From contig CM075998.1 in NCBI GenBank assembly GCA_038087875.1, forward strand, positions 3,784,001 through 3,848,000: a stretch of DNA of 64,000 bases. Reading direction: 5' to 3'. The stretch is from Malacoraja senta (taxonomy: Eukaryota). Below the pieces are notes generated by a model, which was given only the letters and a program-made list of their open reading frames with translations, did no database searches and was not told the origin of the DNA. Each line of letters opens with the position of its first letter. Position 1 is the stretch's first letter. Position numbers and translations under genes: made by a program. Positions 14,601 to 26,369 of this stretch are shown piece after piece.

Positions 14601-17600
14601 AAACAGGAAGGCAGATTATTATCTGAATGGTGTCAGGTTGGGAGTAAAGATTTCTGGGGGTCCTTGTTCATCAGTCAATGAAAGTAAGCATGCAGCTACA
14701 GCAGGCAATGAAGAAAGCCAATGGGATGTTGGCCTTCATAACAAGAGGAGTTGAGTTTAGGAGCAAAGAGGTACTTCTGCAGTTAACTTAGATGGCGCAT
14801 CTTCGTCAGCATGGACAAGTTGGGCCAAAGGGCGTGTTTCCATGCTGTATGACTATCTCCAATATCTATTATTAGTTTGTGATACATAACCTTTTCATAC
14901 AGTGCAGGGGTTACTTATTAAAAGTTGTATGTAAACTGGAAAAAAAAAGTACCAAAAAAAAAGTTCCTAATTCCATCCATCCAGCTAATACACATATACA
15001 TTTGGAAAACAGTCAGCTATGATGAACCTTTCTGTGGCCAAGGTGCTTGTCCTTGGTACAAGACAAGATACTCATAGGTATCATCAAGCATATCAAGTCA
15101 TAAACATTGTTTTCGGTCAGAGACCCTTTGTTATTTGACCTGCATCATTCACTCTGTGCCTCTTTCTACAGATGCTACCCACTTGCTCAGTATTTCCAGC
15201 AAGTTATGTTATGGTTCGATTTCTAGCATCTGTGACTTTATCTTACCCTCAGAGTGTCCTCAGGGAAGAAGTGGAAAAATAGCACAACTATTTCCCTGAT
15301 TTAAAAAAGTTACATTAACAAACCCAACTGTAAAAAATAATGCTTGTGCAAATCACTAGAACGAAGGATGTTTATTTATCTCATTTATATAATATACTTT
15401 AGAACCTGAGCAATGAGGCTAGGCCACCAGCATAATCAAGGAACCGTCTCACCATGGTCACGCCCTCTTCTCTCCTCACCCATCAGACAACAGGTACAGA
15501 AGTTTGAAAACACACACCTCCAGATTCAAGGACAGTTTCTTCCCAGCTGTTATCAGGCAACTGAACCTAGCTAGAGAGCAGTCCTCTCACTAGCTAGAGA
15601 GCAGTCCTGACCTCCCAAATACCCCATGGGAGACCTTCAAACTATCTTTAATCAGACTTTACCTTGCACTAAACTTTGTACCCTTTACATCTGTACACTG
15701 TGGATAACTCGATTGCAACCATGTGTCTGTAGTCTTTTCTTTGACTGGATAACACACAACAAAATCTTTTCACCATACCTCAGTACACATGACAATAAAC
15801 TAAACTATAACCTGATTATAATTGTTATATAACTATTAATTGTATTATTGTTATATAATTGTTATATAATTGTAATATTGTTAGACATGCCCCACATTAA
15901 TTTTTGTTCCTGTTGGCAATAGTTGTATAGGATTGTAATCATGTATAGTCATAGAGTGTGGAAACAGGCCCTTCAGCCCAACTGGCCCACACCGGCCAAC
16001 ACGTCCTAGCCCCACCTGCCTGCGTTTGGCTAATATCTTGTACTAAACGTTATTGCCTTATCATGTATCTGTACACTGTTAATGACTCAATTGTAATAAT
16101 GTATTGTACTTCTGCTAACTGGTCAGCACACAACAAATGCTTTCATTGTACCTCAGTACACATGACAATAAACTAAATTCAACTACACCTCTAAACCCGT
16201 CCTTCCATGTACCTGTCTAATTGTTTCTTAAACATTACAATAGTCCCTGCCTCAACTACCTCTTCCGGCAGCTTGTTCCATACACCCACTAACTTTTGTG
16301 TGAAAAAGTTACCCCTCAGACCTACTAAATCTTCCCCCCCCTCCCCCACCCCACCCCAACCCAACACCTTAAAGAGTCAAGAGTGTTTTATTGTCACATG
16401 TCCTAGATAGAACAATGGAAGTCTTACTTACAGCAGCACTACAGAATATGTAAACCTAGTACACTGTAAATAGCGTTGTTACAAAACCTACCATCAGTGG
16501 CGCTCCAGCTCTGCCACTGCCTGTGCGTGCAATTCCGAAGGCTTGGGGGGGGGGGGCAGGATTAAAATACAGGTTTGTATTGGTTGTCGGAGAGGGATTT
16601 CCTCGGGCTGCTAGCTGATGAAGAAAAATCGTACGCGCTTTCCTTCCCGTTTTTTTTAATTTGCTGGACCATTGCATCGCTGGATTGAACTTAAACGTGA
16701 CTAAAAACGCCTTCAACATCACGGATCGCAATATCATGACAAAACAAAAGGTGTGTCGTTTATTTAACATTATTTTGCTTTTTGGTGTGACTTCATTTTA
16801 ATCTTATGATGCGAAAAATGTTATTTAGGCCCACATACGAATCAGCCGTGTCTTGCCTGCCGATATTGGGCTTAAATTTATGGCAACGGCAAGATTACAA
16901 TCGATCACATTCCACTCTCAAGATAATCAAATTCTTTTTTTTTGCACAATCATGTCATAAGAACATTTAAATCATCTATATTTTGTGTTATTGTCCATCC
17001 ATGATCAATATTTTCATACTAAATATCCACAGTACAGTTTTAGTCAGATGTATTGTGCAAAAAATAATGATTTTGATTATCTTGAGAGTGGATGTTTCTG
17101 GATTAATTTATGGGAATTAAACATTAAATTCCTTCCATTTGGCATACAAATTCATGACAAAGTGAGATTAAAAAATCATGTTATATATATATATATATAT
17201 AACTAAGTATGTTACAATACTTACCTTCAGCTGCGCTGCAATTCTGCCACTGGCCGTGTGCGCGATTTTGGCGCCTTTAAGGGGGGGCGGGGTTAAAACA
17301 CGGGTTTCTCCTACCTTGTCCTGGTTAATATTTCGTTGGAGTACAAGCGTTTGCTGAAAAATCGTTCCGACGGGCGTTTTGTGTATTTTTTATTTTTATT
17401 CGATCGACAATGTCAGCGCTGGAGTCATTTTAAAATCAGCTTCTGAAGCCGTCAACGCCGACGGATTTCACACACGGGACAGGTAAACGAAAGTAGTTTA
17501 TTTTAATGTATAAAAGTGCTTCTTAAGAAGCCTTTAATTCACATTTTTTATGCAAAACGGTAATTCTTTTCCCCGAACGGCAGAATTGTTCATGCCGATA

Positions 17601-18698
17601 CGGGGTTAAATTCACCGCAAATCAACGTTCCAATTGATCGCGTTCCAGAAAACCCCGTTCGCAAGATTATTTAATTGGCCATTAATTTACAGGTATTAAA
17701 CATTAAATTCCTTCCATTTGGCCTGTAAATCCATGACAATGAGATTTAAAAATTATGTTATATTGTGAATTCGTGTGTGAATGTTATTTGGACACTTAGG
17801 CTATTTAAAAATGTTAATCTATTCTTAAGAAATTAATAGATGTTTAGATCTAGTAATTGAATTTTGTAATTTGCTACAATTAGGTAACTAACTAATTATA
17901 TGCTTTAATTTCATGTCATCTAAGTAAGATTGTTTCATATTTGTTTCAGAATGCTTCAATCTATAATAACTGAAAATTTCATTCAGTTCTCTTAATTTTG
18001 AAGAAAGTTATGGGCTTTTGACTGTCCTCGATCACAGCTTTTGTGTTAAGTCAATGGAAAAGCAATAGGGAACAAGATGCTAATTTCCGAGTATGAAAAT
18101 GGCCATAACTTTTTTTAATACTGACGATATGAAAGTGAATTAGGTGTCAAATTAAACGTCTTTTTATGTTTTATCTGATGGGATAAATTATAGGCTTGAT
18201 TTTTAAAATCTCAAAATTTTGTAACATTCCTACGTGTAAATAATATAATAAACGAGAAAAAGTTAAGTGTGTATGTGTGTATATATATATATATATATAT
18301 GTTATATATAACCATATAACAATTACAGCACGGAAACAGGCCATCTCGACACATATACCTCCTCGATTCCCCTACTCTGGGCAAGAGACCCTGTGCATCT
18401 ACCCGATCTTCACTGTGACTGGATAACATGCAAGACAAAGCTTTTCACTTTACCTCGATGTATGTGACAATAATATAATAAACTAAACGAGATGAGGGTC
18501 CCGGCGGGGTTGGTGGGACGTCCGATGAGAGGCGGCAGAAGCTTGTCGCGAGGCGCCGATCAGCAGCTGCGGGCGGGCGGGCGGGCGGGAGCGCGGGTCG
18601 CGCGGCCCCCCCCGCCAGGGCCCGCGCTTTTCCCCGGTACCGCGGCCGCCGCTTCCCCGCCCATGTTAACGAGCCTCACGTTTACCTTGCTTACTCAT
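2538..18698 (-). CDS. DAZAP2: DAZ-associated protein 2, complete spliced CDS: join(complement 18686-18698, 10227-10348, 5197-5427, 2538-2666), 164 aa
   Basis: All introns are GT-AG with consistent phases (13+122+231+129 nt). Translation [16 protein letters not shown]...[61 protein letters not shown] matches the recalled vertebrate DAZAP2 motifs [17 protein letters not shown] and [10 protein letters not shown]. Confidence 0.96.
3758..4076 (+). mobile_element. tRNA-headed SINE (V-SINE/HE1-like). Other copies at about 4765-5045(-), 21570-21825, 23672-23955, 38672-38965, 39270-39562, 50146-50435, 57297-57600(-), 61325-61595
   Basis: A/B-box-like head (gcacagcggtagag...ggttcgatcc), conserved core ctccggtttcctcccacac, (TAAAC)n tail. 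Confidence 0.85.
5197..5427 (-). CDS. DAZAP2: DAZAP2 coding exon 3
   Basis: Acceptor gcatctcag, donor CCG|gtaggt; 231 nt, AQQQLGYV...[19 protein letters not shown]. Confidence 0.94.
5521..5738. repeat. Fold-back Penelope-derived element. Further family members at about 6959-7056, 8002-8210, 13540-13642, 23127-23225, 30390-30480, 34657-34887, 37758-37880, 45395-45606, 56362-56485, 58320-58532, 60616-60825, 61762-61855, 61927-62050
   Basis: Shared gacacaaaatgctggagtaactcagcggg...gggtgacgtttcgggtcgagacccttcttcagac motif and/or its reverse complement. Confidence 0.82.
10227..10348 (-). CDS. DAZAP2: DAZAP2 coding exon 2
   Basis: Acceptor ttttcgtttag, donor CAG|gtgagt; encodes [41 protein letters not shown]. 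Confidence 0.92.
10880..12507 (-). mobile_element. Full-length Tc1-family (IR/DR type) DNA transposon with inactivated transposase, in DAZAP2 intron 1
   Basis: TA|CAGTGCCC...GGGCACTG|TA; about 225-bp terminal inverted repeats with the internal direct repeat cataatgtttgggaca; transposase remnants ([33 protein letters not shown]), ATG near 12148, broken by frameshifts and a deletion. Confidence 0.95.
14071..14785 (+). mobile_element. CR1 LINE RT fragment
   Basis: [49 protein letters not shown] with frameshifts. Confidence 0.92.
16471..18232. mobile_element. Non-autonomous TIR DNA element (hAT-like), two related units in tandem
   Basis: Ends TAGCGTTGTTACAAAA and (reverse complement) TAGGAATGTTACAAAA; imperfect 8-bp flanks actgtaaa/cgtgtaaa; second left end at 17204; no transposase ORF. 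Confidence 0.65.
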
Positions 18699-18860
18699 GG
18701 CGCGGCCAACACTCGCTGCTGCTCACAGCTTCTTCGTCGTCGTGCTCGTCGAAAGACTTTTTTTTCCTTCCTCTCTCCCTCTCGGTCGCTGCTCCGCTCT
18801 TACTTCCTTATCAAAGCTGCGTGCCACATTCGCGTCCGACGCATGCAAATAACCCCAGGC
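18490..18860 (-). promoter_or_regulatory. CpG-rich promoter / first exon region of DAZAP2
   Basis: Sharp GC/CpG enrichment around the ATG, GGGCGG repeats, octamer ATGCAAAT at 18843-18850. Confidence 0.8.
18686..18698 (-). CDS. DAZAP2: DAZAP2 coding exon 1 (MSKQ+G)
   Basis: gccgcgccATGAGTAAGCAAG|gtaaac: good Kozak context in a CpG-rich region; phase 1 fits exon 2. Confidence 0.88.
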
Positions 18861-19290
18861 TCTTAAAGGGGAATTGTTTCTCGTTGTGCGGATAGAAAAA
18901 GAATGTACTGGTAAAAGAGAAAAAGTTTTTTTTCCCGATGTGTCACCGCATGCGATCAATTTTACACAGCAGGGGGGAAATGAGCCCCCAATTGAGGCTC
19001 GAGTTCTATTCACCTTTTAAAGCGCTTGCTTTTCCTTAGAACACGACAATTAATCAGTTGTTATTCCTGCTGGATAGTAAACATTATTCAAATTATTCAA
19101 GAGTGTTTTATTGTCATATGTCCCAATGAAATTCTTACTTGCAGCAGCACAACAGAATATGTAGCACCACAGTCAAATGATCCATTAGCATTTGGCTAAT
19201 AGTACTAGCTTTGATAGTGTGATCTTTGTTTACCGTATATCATTATGATAGTTTACTATATAGCACAAAATCTGCTATCTGAAGTTGAGT

Positions 19291-19438
19291 GTTTGTGTGT
19301 GTGTATATATATTTTATATATATATATATATACATACATATATATATATATATACACACACACATACACACATATATATACACACACTTATACACACACA
19401 CATATATATATACATACATATATAGACACACACACACA
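19291..19438. repeat. Compound (TG)/(TA)/(CA) microsatellite
   Basis: Directly visible. Confidence 0.95.
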
Positions 19439-22024
19439 ACTCAACTTCAGATAGCAGATTTGTCTGAGAATAATGGGCAACACAGTCAAATGATCCAATA
19501 GCATTTGGCTAATAGTACTAGCTTTGATAGTGTGATCTTTGTTTACTGTATAGCATTATGATAGTATACTGTATAGCACAAAATAAAAACCAAAAGTGAT
19601 TTTTATTTCAATCGGAAACCTGGCTCTTAAATTTGAAGAAAGAAAATTGAAGAAAGACAAAGTTGGCAATTGAAAGTTGAGAAACTACATGGAGAGCAAT
19701 GACAGTAACTGAACAATGGCTAATTTTTAAATAATTAATACATAGCTTGCATATTCCCTTAAAGCAACAAAAACAGTAAAAGTGGTCCACTCGCGGTTAT
19801 CAAAATAAGTTTAAAATAGTATTAGATCATGAGAAAGAAGTGTGTAATAATCATCAGCATTTTAAAATCTTATTGTTAATTAGTAATGACAAATTTTGAA
19901 ATATAGTCAAAAGAACAGTTTCATTTTAGAAATTAGAGACTATTACCTGGAACAATGTGTTGTGAAATAATCAGGAACAGGCTAATGCAAGTGCTCTTGT
20001 TATCTGGCACATGCTGAACATAAAAAGTACTTGTTAATCAAATACTCTGGCTAATCAAGATTTGGCCCAAGCATCTCTCACTGCCGCCCGCCATTGCCCT
20101 GGGGCATTGCCCTTGTGGCTGCCGTCCGTTGCCAGATTAATGCCTCAAAACAATGCTTTACTGTATTTTAGATATGAACAGAATTAGACAACCCAGAGTA
20201 AAGTACTCTCTGGGGAAGAGTGAACAATATGTATCCAAGTCTGAAATAGTCTTAAATGTAAATAAAGGCAATTACAGAGGTTTGCGAGGGTGTGGCTGAT
20301 GTAGATAAAATATGAGAACCTGGAAAGAAGCCAAAGTAGGCCATTTCTGCTTGCCCAGCCATCCTTTACGATTATGAATGATTTTTTACCTCAGCACTAT
20401 CTTCCTACACTAATCCATGTCTCTTCATATTTAAAAATATATCACTCTGTCCTGAATATTTTTTAACAACTGAACTCCAGCAGTTCTCTTGGCCTATAAA
20501 TCCCAAAGATTCATCGCCCTCTATATTTAAAAAAAATGTCATCTCTGTATCAAGTGGTTAGCTATGCCAGATGATTCCTTTATTCACTGGATACCCACCT
20601 ACTTTGTCTATCAAGGTATTAAACATAAACAGTCCAGTCCAATTTTATATTCTACAGTAATAATTTACTGTTTCATTACAGCCCTTATTTTCTACCATAA
20701 TCTGGTGTCACAGTCAAACGTTTCTGCTTACTTTTTCCATGTGGAAGCTCCATAATTCAATTTGTGGTTTTGTCATTTACAAATTATCTAGTCAGGCTCA
20801 GTTGCAGCTGATTTCATCTTGTCTTCTTTAGAGGGTTGATTTATTCTAGAGTCATTTTAAATATATTGAAAGGATATTTCTTATATTGTATCTGGTAATT
20901 TATTATACACAAGTAATAGAGAAAGATGTTATAATAATCTAAACAGTACTTCATTGTAGGTAACATTATAAGGGAGGCAACATTGTATCAGCTGCTTGCA
21001 AAATGGTATAAGGGAGGCAACATTGAATCAGCTGCTTGCAAAATAGTTGATTTTTCCTGCCACTAACGTTCAGTCGGGGCCAAAAGATAAATTAAGTGTT
21101 TTGTACAACGAGGAAATTCTATAATTTTACCCCATCACTCAAAGTTCAAATTAGCCTGACATAGTTGTATGGATTGATTGTTTGACAGAAATGTCATAAA
21201 ATACATGAAATTATAGAAATTTGATAAAACAGAAAATACTGTATAGATACAGCAGGCCCAAACGTAAACATAAAGAGAAATTGTTCAGATGTGATCATAG
21301 AAAATAGAAATATGAGTATGTCCTTCACTGTTTAAGTCCGTTTCACCATTCAATAGATTGTGGTGATCATCCAGTTGAGTACCTGTTCCTGCTTTTTCCC
21401 CCCGTATATCTTGTATTTAATGATTTTCCCTCTGCTGTCTTCTGAGTTAGATAATTCCACAGGTTCACACTCTTTGGATGAAGAAATTTCTCCTCATCCG
21501 GCGCTAAATCACTTCACCTGCATCCTTAGGCTATGACCACTTGTTCTAGATTTACCCACTATCAGGAACATCGATCCTGACTACGGGTGTTGTCTGTACG
21601 GCGTTTGTACGTTTTCCCTGTGACCTGTGTGGTTTTTCTCCGGTTGCTCCGGTTTCCTCCCACACCTTCCTTTGTAGGCTAACTGGCTTTGGTAAAATTG
21701 TAAATTGTCCCTAGTGTGTTTAGGATGCTAGTGTACAGGGATCGCTGGTCGGCGTGGATTTGGTGGGCCCGAAGGGCCTGTTTTTGTGATGTATCTAAAC
21801 ACCAAAACTAAACTAAAACTAAAAATGTGTGCATGTTCATTCACCTGCATTCCTTCATAGTATCCTGACAACAACTTTATTGGAAGAACAAAAACTTAGA
21901 AGTTGCAGTGTGTTATTAAAGTCTTAATATATCTCGTGGTTGTGTAAAACCACAATATCTGTTTCATTTCAGTTGCAAAGGCAAACTTTAATCATTTCCA
22001 AAACCCAACCTGCTTTTTTTCAAC

Positions 22025-22655
22025 AAAGAACTGCAGATGCTGATTCATACCAAAGATAGACACAATGTGCTGGAGTAACTTGGCAGGCCAGGCAGCATCT
22101 CAGGAGAAAAAGGATGGGTGATGTTTCGGGTTGGGACCCTTCTTCAGACTGATTGCAAAGGGGGGGAACTGGAAGCAAGAAAAGACCTGGACAAATCAGG
22201 GCTGGCAACAGATAACCTCAGGCAGGATGATTAACCAGTTATTGGCTGGGGATGGTGTGATGCCAAGAGGGATGTGTCGTTGTGAATTGTGGAACTGGTG
22301 AACTGATTTTGTATAAGTCACCTATAATATACTGTTTGTATAAGTCACCTAAAATTAGATAAATCCGTGTTCATACCGCTGGGTTGTAAGCTTCTCAAAC
22401 AAAACATGAGGTGGTGAGGTGCTGTTCCTCCAGTTTGCGAGCGGCCTCGCTCTGGCAATGGAGGTGGCCCAGGATTGCCAGCCAACAATCGGCCAACCAG
22501 GGAACCACCCTCTGCCTGAGGTCATCTGCCCCGCTCCCCTCTCGCCTCCAGTTCACTCCCCTCACCTCACAATCAGTCTGAAGAAGGGTCCCGACCCGAA
22601 AAGTCTCCCATCCTTTCTCTCCAGGCCAATTGTTACTCCAGCACTTTGTGTCTAT
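22025..22655. mobile_element. Penelope-like remnant with inverted pLTRs
   Basis: Minus-strand LAILGHLHCQSEAARKLEEQHL (GIY-YIG C-terminal region) between oppositely oriented terminal repeats. Confidence 0.78.
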
Positions 22656-25600
22656 CTCTGCTTCTTTTTTCTTCTTACTACACAAGAAAATAAGCCACAT
22701 AGGGTGCAGGGAGTCAATAGGCATCCATTTGGAACCTAAGGAAAGATGCTTGGATTGGCCCTGCGGGTGAAGATTGGAACCTGGTAGGGGCGGGTTAGGG
22801 GAAGGGTGTAAACAGCCATTTGAGGATCATGGATGGTAAGACTTTAGAATCCCCTTGTTGAAGGGGAAGGATTGTGGAGGTCAGGGACTTTACAAGAGAG
22901 TACAGGGCTGTTGGTAGGGTTGCAGGGGCGTGTTGCATAAGGATTGATAACAGATGATGTATATCTACATGGGAAATTGCATTAGACACACAATTTTGAC
23001 TTGCTCCATAAAGTGCCCATTCAAATTTCCAGAATGTTGCCAAAATGCACGCGAATTGTTATCGTGCCTCACTCTGAAATGAGCCCATTTTCAATTGCAT
23101 AGCACTATGAACAAAACTATAACATCAGATAGACACAAAAACCTGGAGTAACTCAGCGGGACAAGCAGCATCTCTGGAGAGAAGGAATGGGTGACGTTTC
23201 TGGTCGAGACCCATCTTCAGACTGGTTAGGGATAAGGGAAACGAGAGATATAGTGATGTGGAGAGATAAAGAACAATGAATGAAAGATATGCAAAAAAGT
23301 AGCGATGATAATGGAAACAGGCCATTGTTAGCTGTTTGTAGGGTGAAAATGAGACGTTCGTGCAACTTGGGTGGGGGAGGGAAAGAGAGAGAGGAAATGC
23401 CAGGGCTACCTGATCTCTGGGCAACTAAATTACAAAATTGCTTTTGTAAGTACTTAAGTTTGCATTTTGAACCTTAGGTTTTATTGAATCATTGTGATGC
23501 TCCTTGAAAAAAAAAAACAGCACAATTTCTTCAAATAACCATTTCTATGTAAAAGTAAAGGTTATTTTTTATCCATATTATTATTGTAACTGGTTGGACC
23601 AGTTCCTTCCTGACTACATACATCAATAATGGATATTTTAGTGTTGTGGAATGAGAACTTGAGTTTTTAGTGGGGCAGCACAGTAGCGCAGTGGTAGAGT
23701 TGCTGCCTTACAGCGCCAGAGACCCAGGTTCGATCCTGGAAGGGGTGCTGTCTGTACAGAGTTTGTACGTTCTCCCTGTGACTGCGTGGGTTTTCTCCAG
23801 GTGCTCCGGTTTCCTCTCACACTCCAAAGACGTACAGCTTCGGTAAAATAGCAAATTGTCCCTAGTGTGTAGGATAGTGTTAGTATGCTGTGATCACTGG
23901 TCGGTGTGGACTCGGTGGGCTGAAGGGCCTGTTTCCACGCTGTATCTCTAAAGTCTACTCTCAAGGAGAGAAGTGTATACTGGATTGGAGATAATGAATG
24001 GAAACTAGAAGTAAAGATTTTTTTCTTTGTGCAAATTCATAAATACAATCAAATATTATCATGCACATTGCACAGAGGAAACCTTCCATGCAGGTAATTC
24101 CAACAGACAACCTCAGCAGGAGGGAATTATTGCTAACAAAAGTATATTTCCATTTGCTGACATGGGAAATAAATGTGATTTTGTGGTTAGATAATAAATG
24201 TTGTTTTTCTATAATCAACCATGTAGCTTTCCTTCAATTCACTTTTTTCCCCATATTTTATTGCTTTTAAAATGCACCAGAAAACAAATACCATAATCAC
24301 AGAATTACATAGAAATTGTAAAAGCACAGAAAATAGGTCATTCAGCCCAACCAGTCTATTCTGTGCCTTTTATTATTGTTCTTTATCTCAACATAATGGG
24401 TTTGGTACATTAATTGGACACTGTAAGTTGCCCCAAGTGCATAGGTGAGTGGCAAACTGGAAGGAGTCAATGGCACAGTGGGAGAATAAAATATGGAAGA
24501 GGAGCAAAGGGCTCTCTGGGTGCTTGATGGTTGGCATGGCTCAGTGAGGAGGGACCTCAGTGAAGGACCTGTTTTTGGTGCCGTATGACTCGATGATTCT
24601 AATCCTCCATTTTCTTCTTCCTCTTGGGCTTACCAAGGCACTTCTGAAATGCATCAAAACTATTCACCTCAACCACCCCCTTGTGTTAGTGAACTGCACC
24701 TTCTCTGGGTAAATCCGAATGAATACCCTCTTTGGTTTCTTAGTGACTATGGAATGAGTGGGTTAACAAATGATGAGCGTTTGACGGCACTGGATCTGTA
24801 CTGACCGGAGTTTAGAAGGATGAGGGGGTACCTTACTGAAATTTACCGAATAGTGAGAGGCCTGGATAGAGTGGATGTGGTAGAGTCTAGGACCAGATCA
24901 GAATAAAAGGACGTACGTTTAGAAAGGAGATGAGGAAGAATTTCTTTAGTCAGAGGGTGTAGACGCCAAGTTAATGGATATTTTTAAGGTGGAAATTGAC
25001 AGATTCTTGATTAGTATGGGTGTCAGGGGTTATGGGGAGAATGGGGTTGAGAGGGAAAGATAGATCACTCATGATTGAATGACAGAGTAGTCTTGGTGGG
25101 CCGAATAGCCTAATTCTGCTCCTATAAGTTACGAAGCTCCAATTGTTGGCTTACAGTTTTCTCTTGCCCATAAGTTGAAACACTCGCTCACTCACCATCC
25201 AAACTGCTCCTGATTCTGAAGATCTCCATGAGGTCATTTGTCAACCTTCTCTACTCTAGATAATGTTACCCATTCTGTTCATCATTTCCCCATCGGTGTC
25301 ATCTTGTATTCCCGGCATCATCGAGCAACCCGCCTCTGCTCCATCTTCCGAGCCACTATATCCTTCTTATCAATCAATAACTAGAATTATACACAGTATT
25401 CTAGCGGTAGTCTAACCACACTTCGATACAAACCTAGCAAACACTCTCTACTCTCCAATCTACCCCTCAACAAACTGTTTGACTTATTTTTGTTCAGACA
25501 ATGACCCTTGACCACATTGTATAATTGTATCTGCACTCTCAGATCCCTCTGCTCCTCTTCTACATTCAGATTCTTATTTCCCCCAAGTAATTTTTCTTAC

Positions 25601-26369
25601 AAAAGTACATTACCAATATTAATATTAATTTGCCAATTTTATACTCATCCTTCAAGTTTATTAATGATCTTTTAATTTATTACAACCTTCCTTGGGCTGT
25701 CCATACTGTGGCTCTTCTACCGAGTTCAAACTTTGTTATCCTAATTTAGACAATTTAGCTTAATTTAGACCAAAAAAATGCTGAATTGAAACAAGAGGTG
25801 CATAACTTGCTCAAACCCTGGGCTGTGATATGGTTCCTGATTTTAAAGTTCCCACGTGCCACAGTGGGAATATCAACTCAAGTCTCTCAATCAATAGTCC
25901 AAATCTCTGGCTGCTAGTTCAGTAATGTAACCATGTAACCAACAATCAAGCCGTCACAGTGTACTGATAAGAAATGCTGCCGTTGAAATAAAGATTTAAA
26001 ACAGTGGAGGAATTCTGGGACCAGCATGCAAAGAATTGCTTAGCTTCGGCACCACTTGCAGTAACTCAAATTGCAGGTGCCCAGGTGGAGATTTATGAGT
26101 CATCATTAAATACGGGTAAGGTGCCAGAAGACTGAGGATGGCAAATATTGTGCCTCTATTTAAGAAGGGCAGCAGGGATAAGCCTGGAAACTACAGGCCA
26201 GTGAGGGACAGGTACAACATGGATAGGATAGGTTTAGGGGGATATGGAGCAAACGCAGGCAGCTGGGACTGGTGTAGATGTAGGTTGGTCGGCATGTAGA
26301 TATAGGTTGGTCGGCATGGGCAAGTTGGGCCGAAGGGCCTGTTTCCATGTTGTATGATTCTATGGCTCC

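Noticed and set aside
19243..19501. ORFs rich in Y/I/H/T
   Set aside because: Microsatellite translations.
20967..21044. 40-bp tandem duplication (similar small ones at about 15567-15609 and 22308-22351)
   Set aside because: Ordinary slippage duplications with no further structure.
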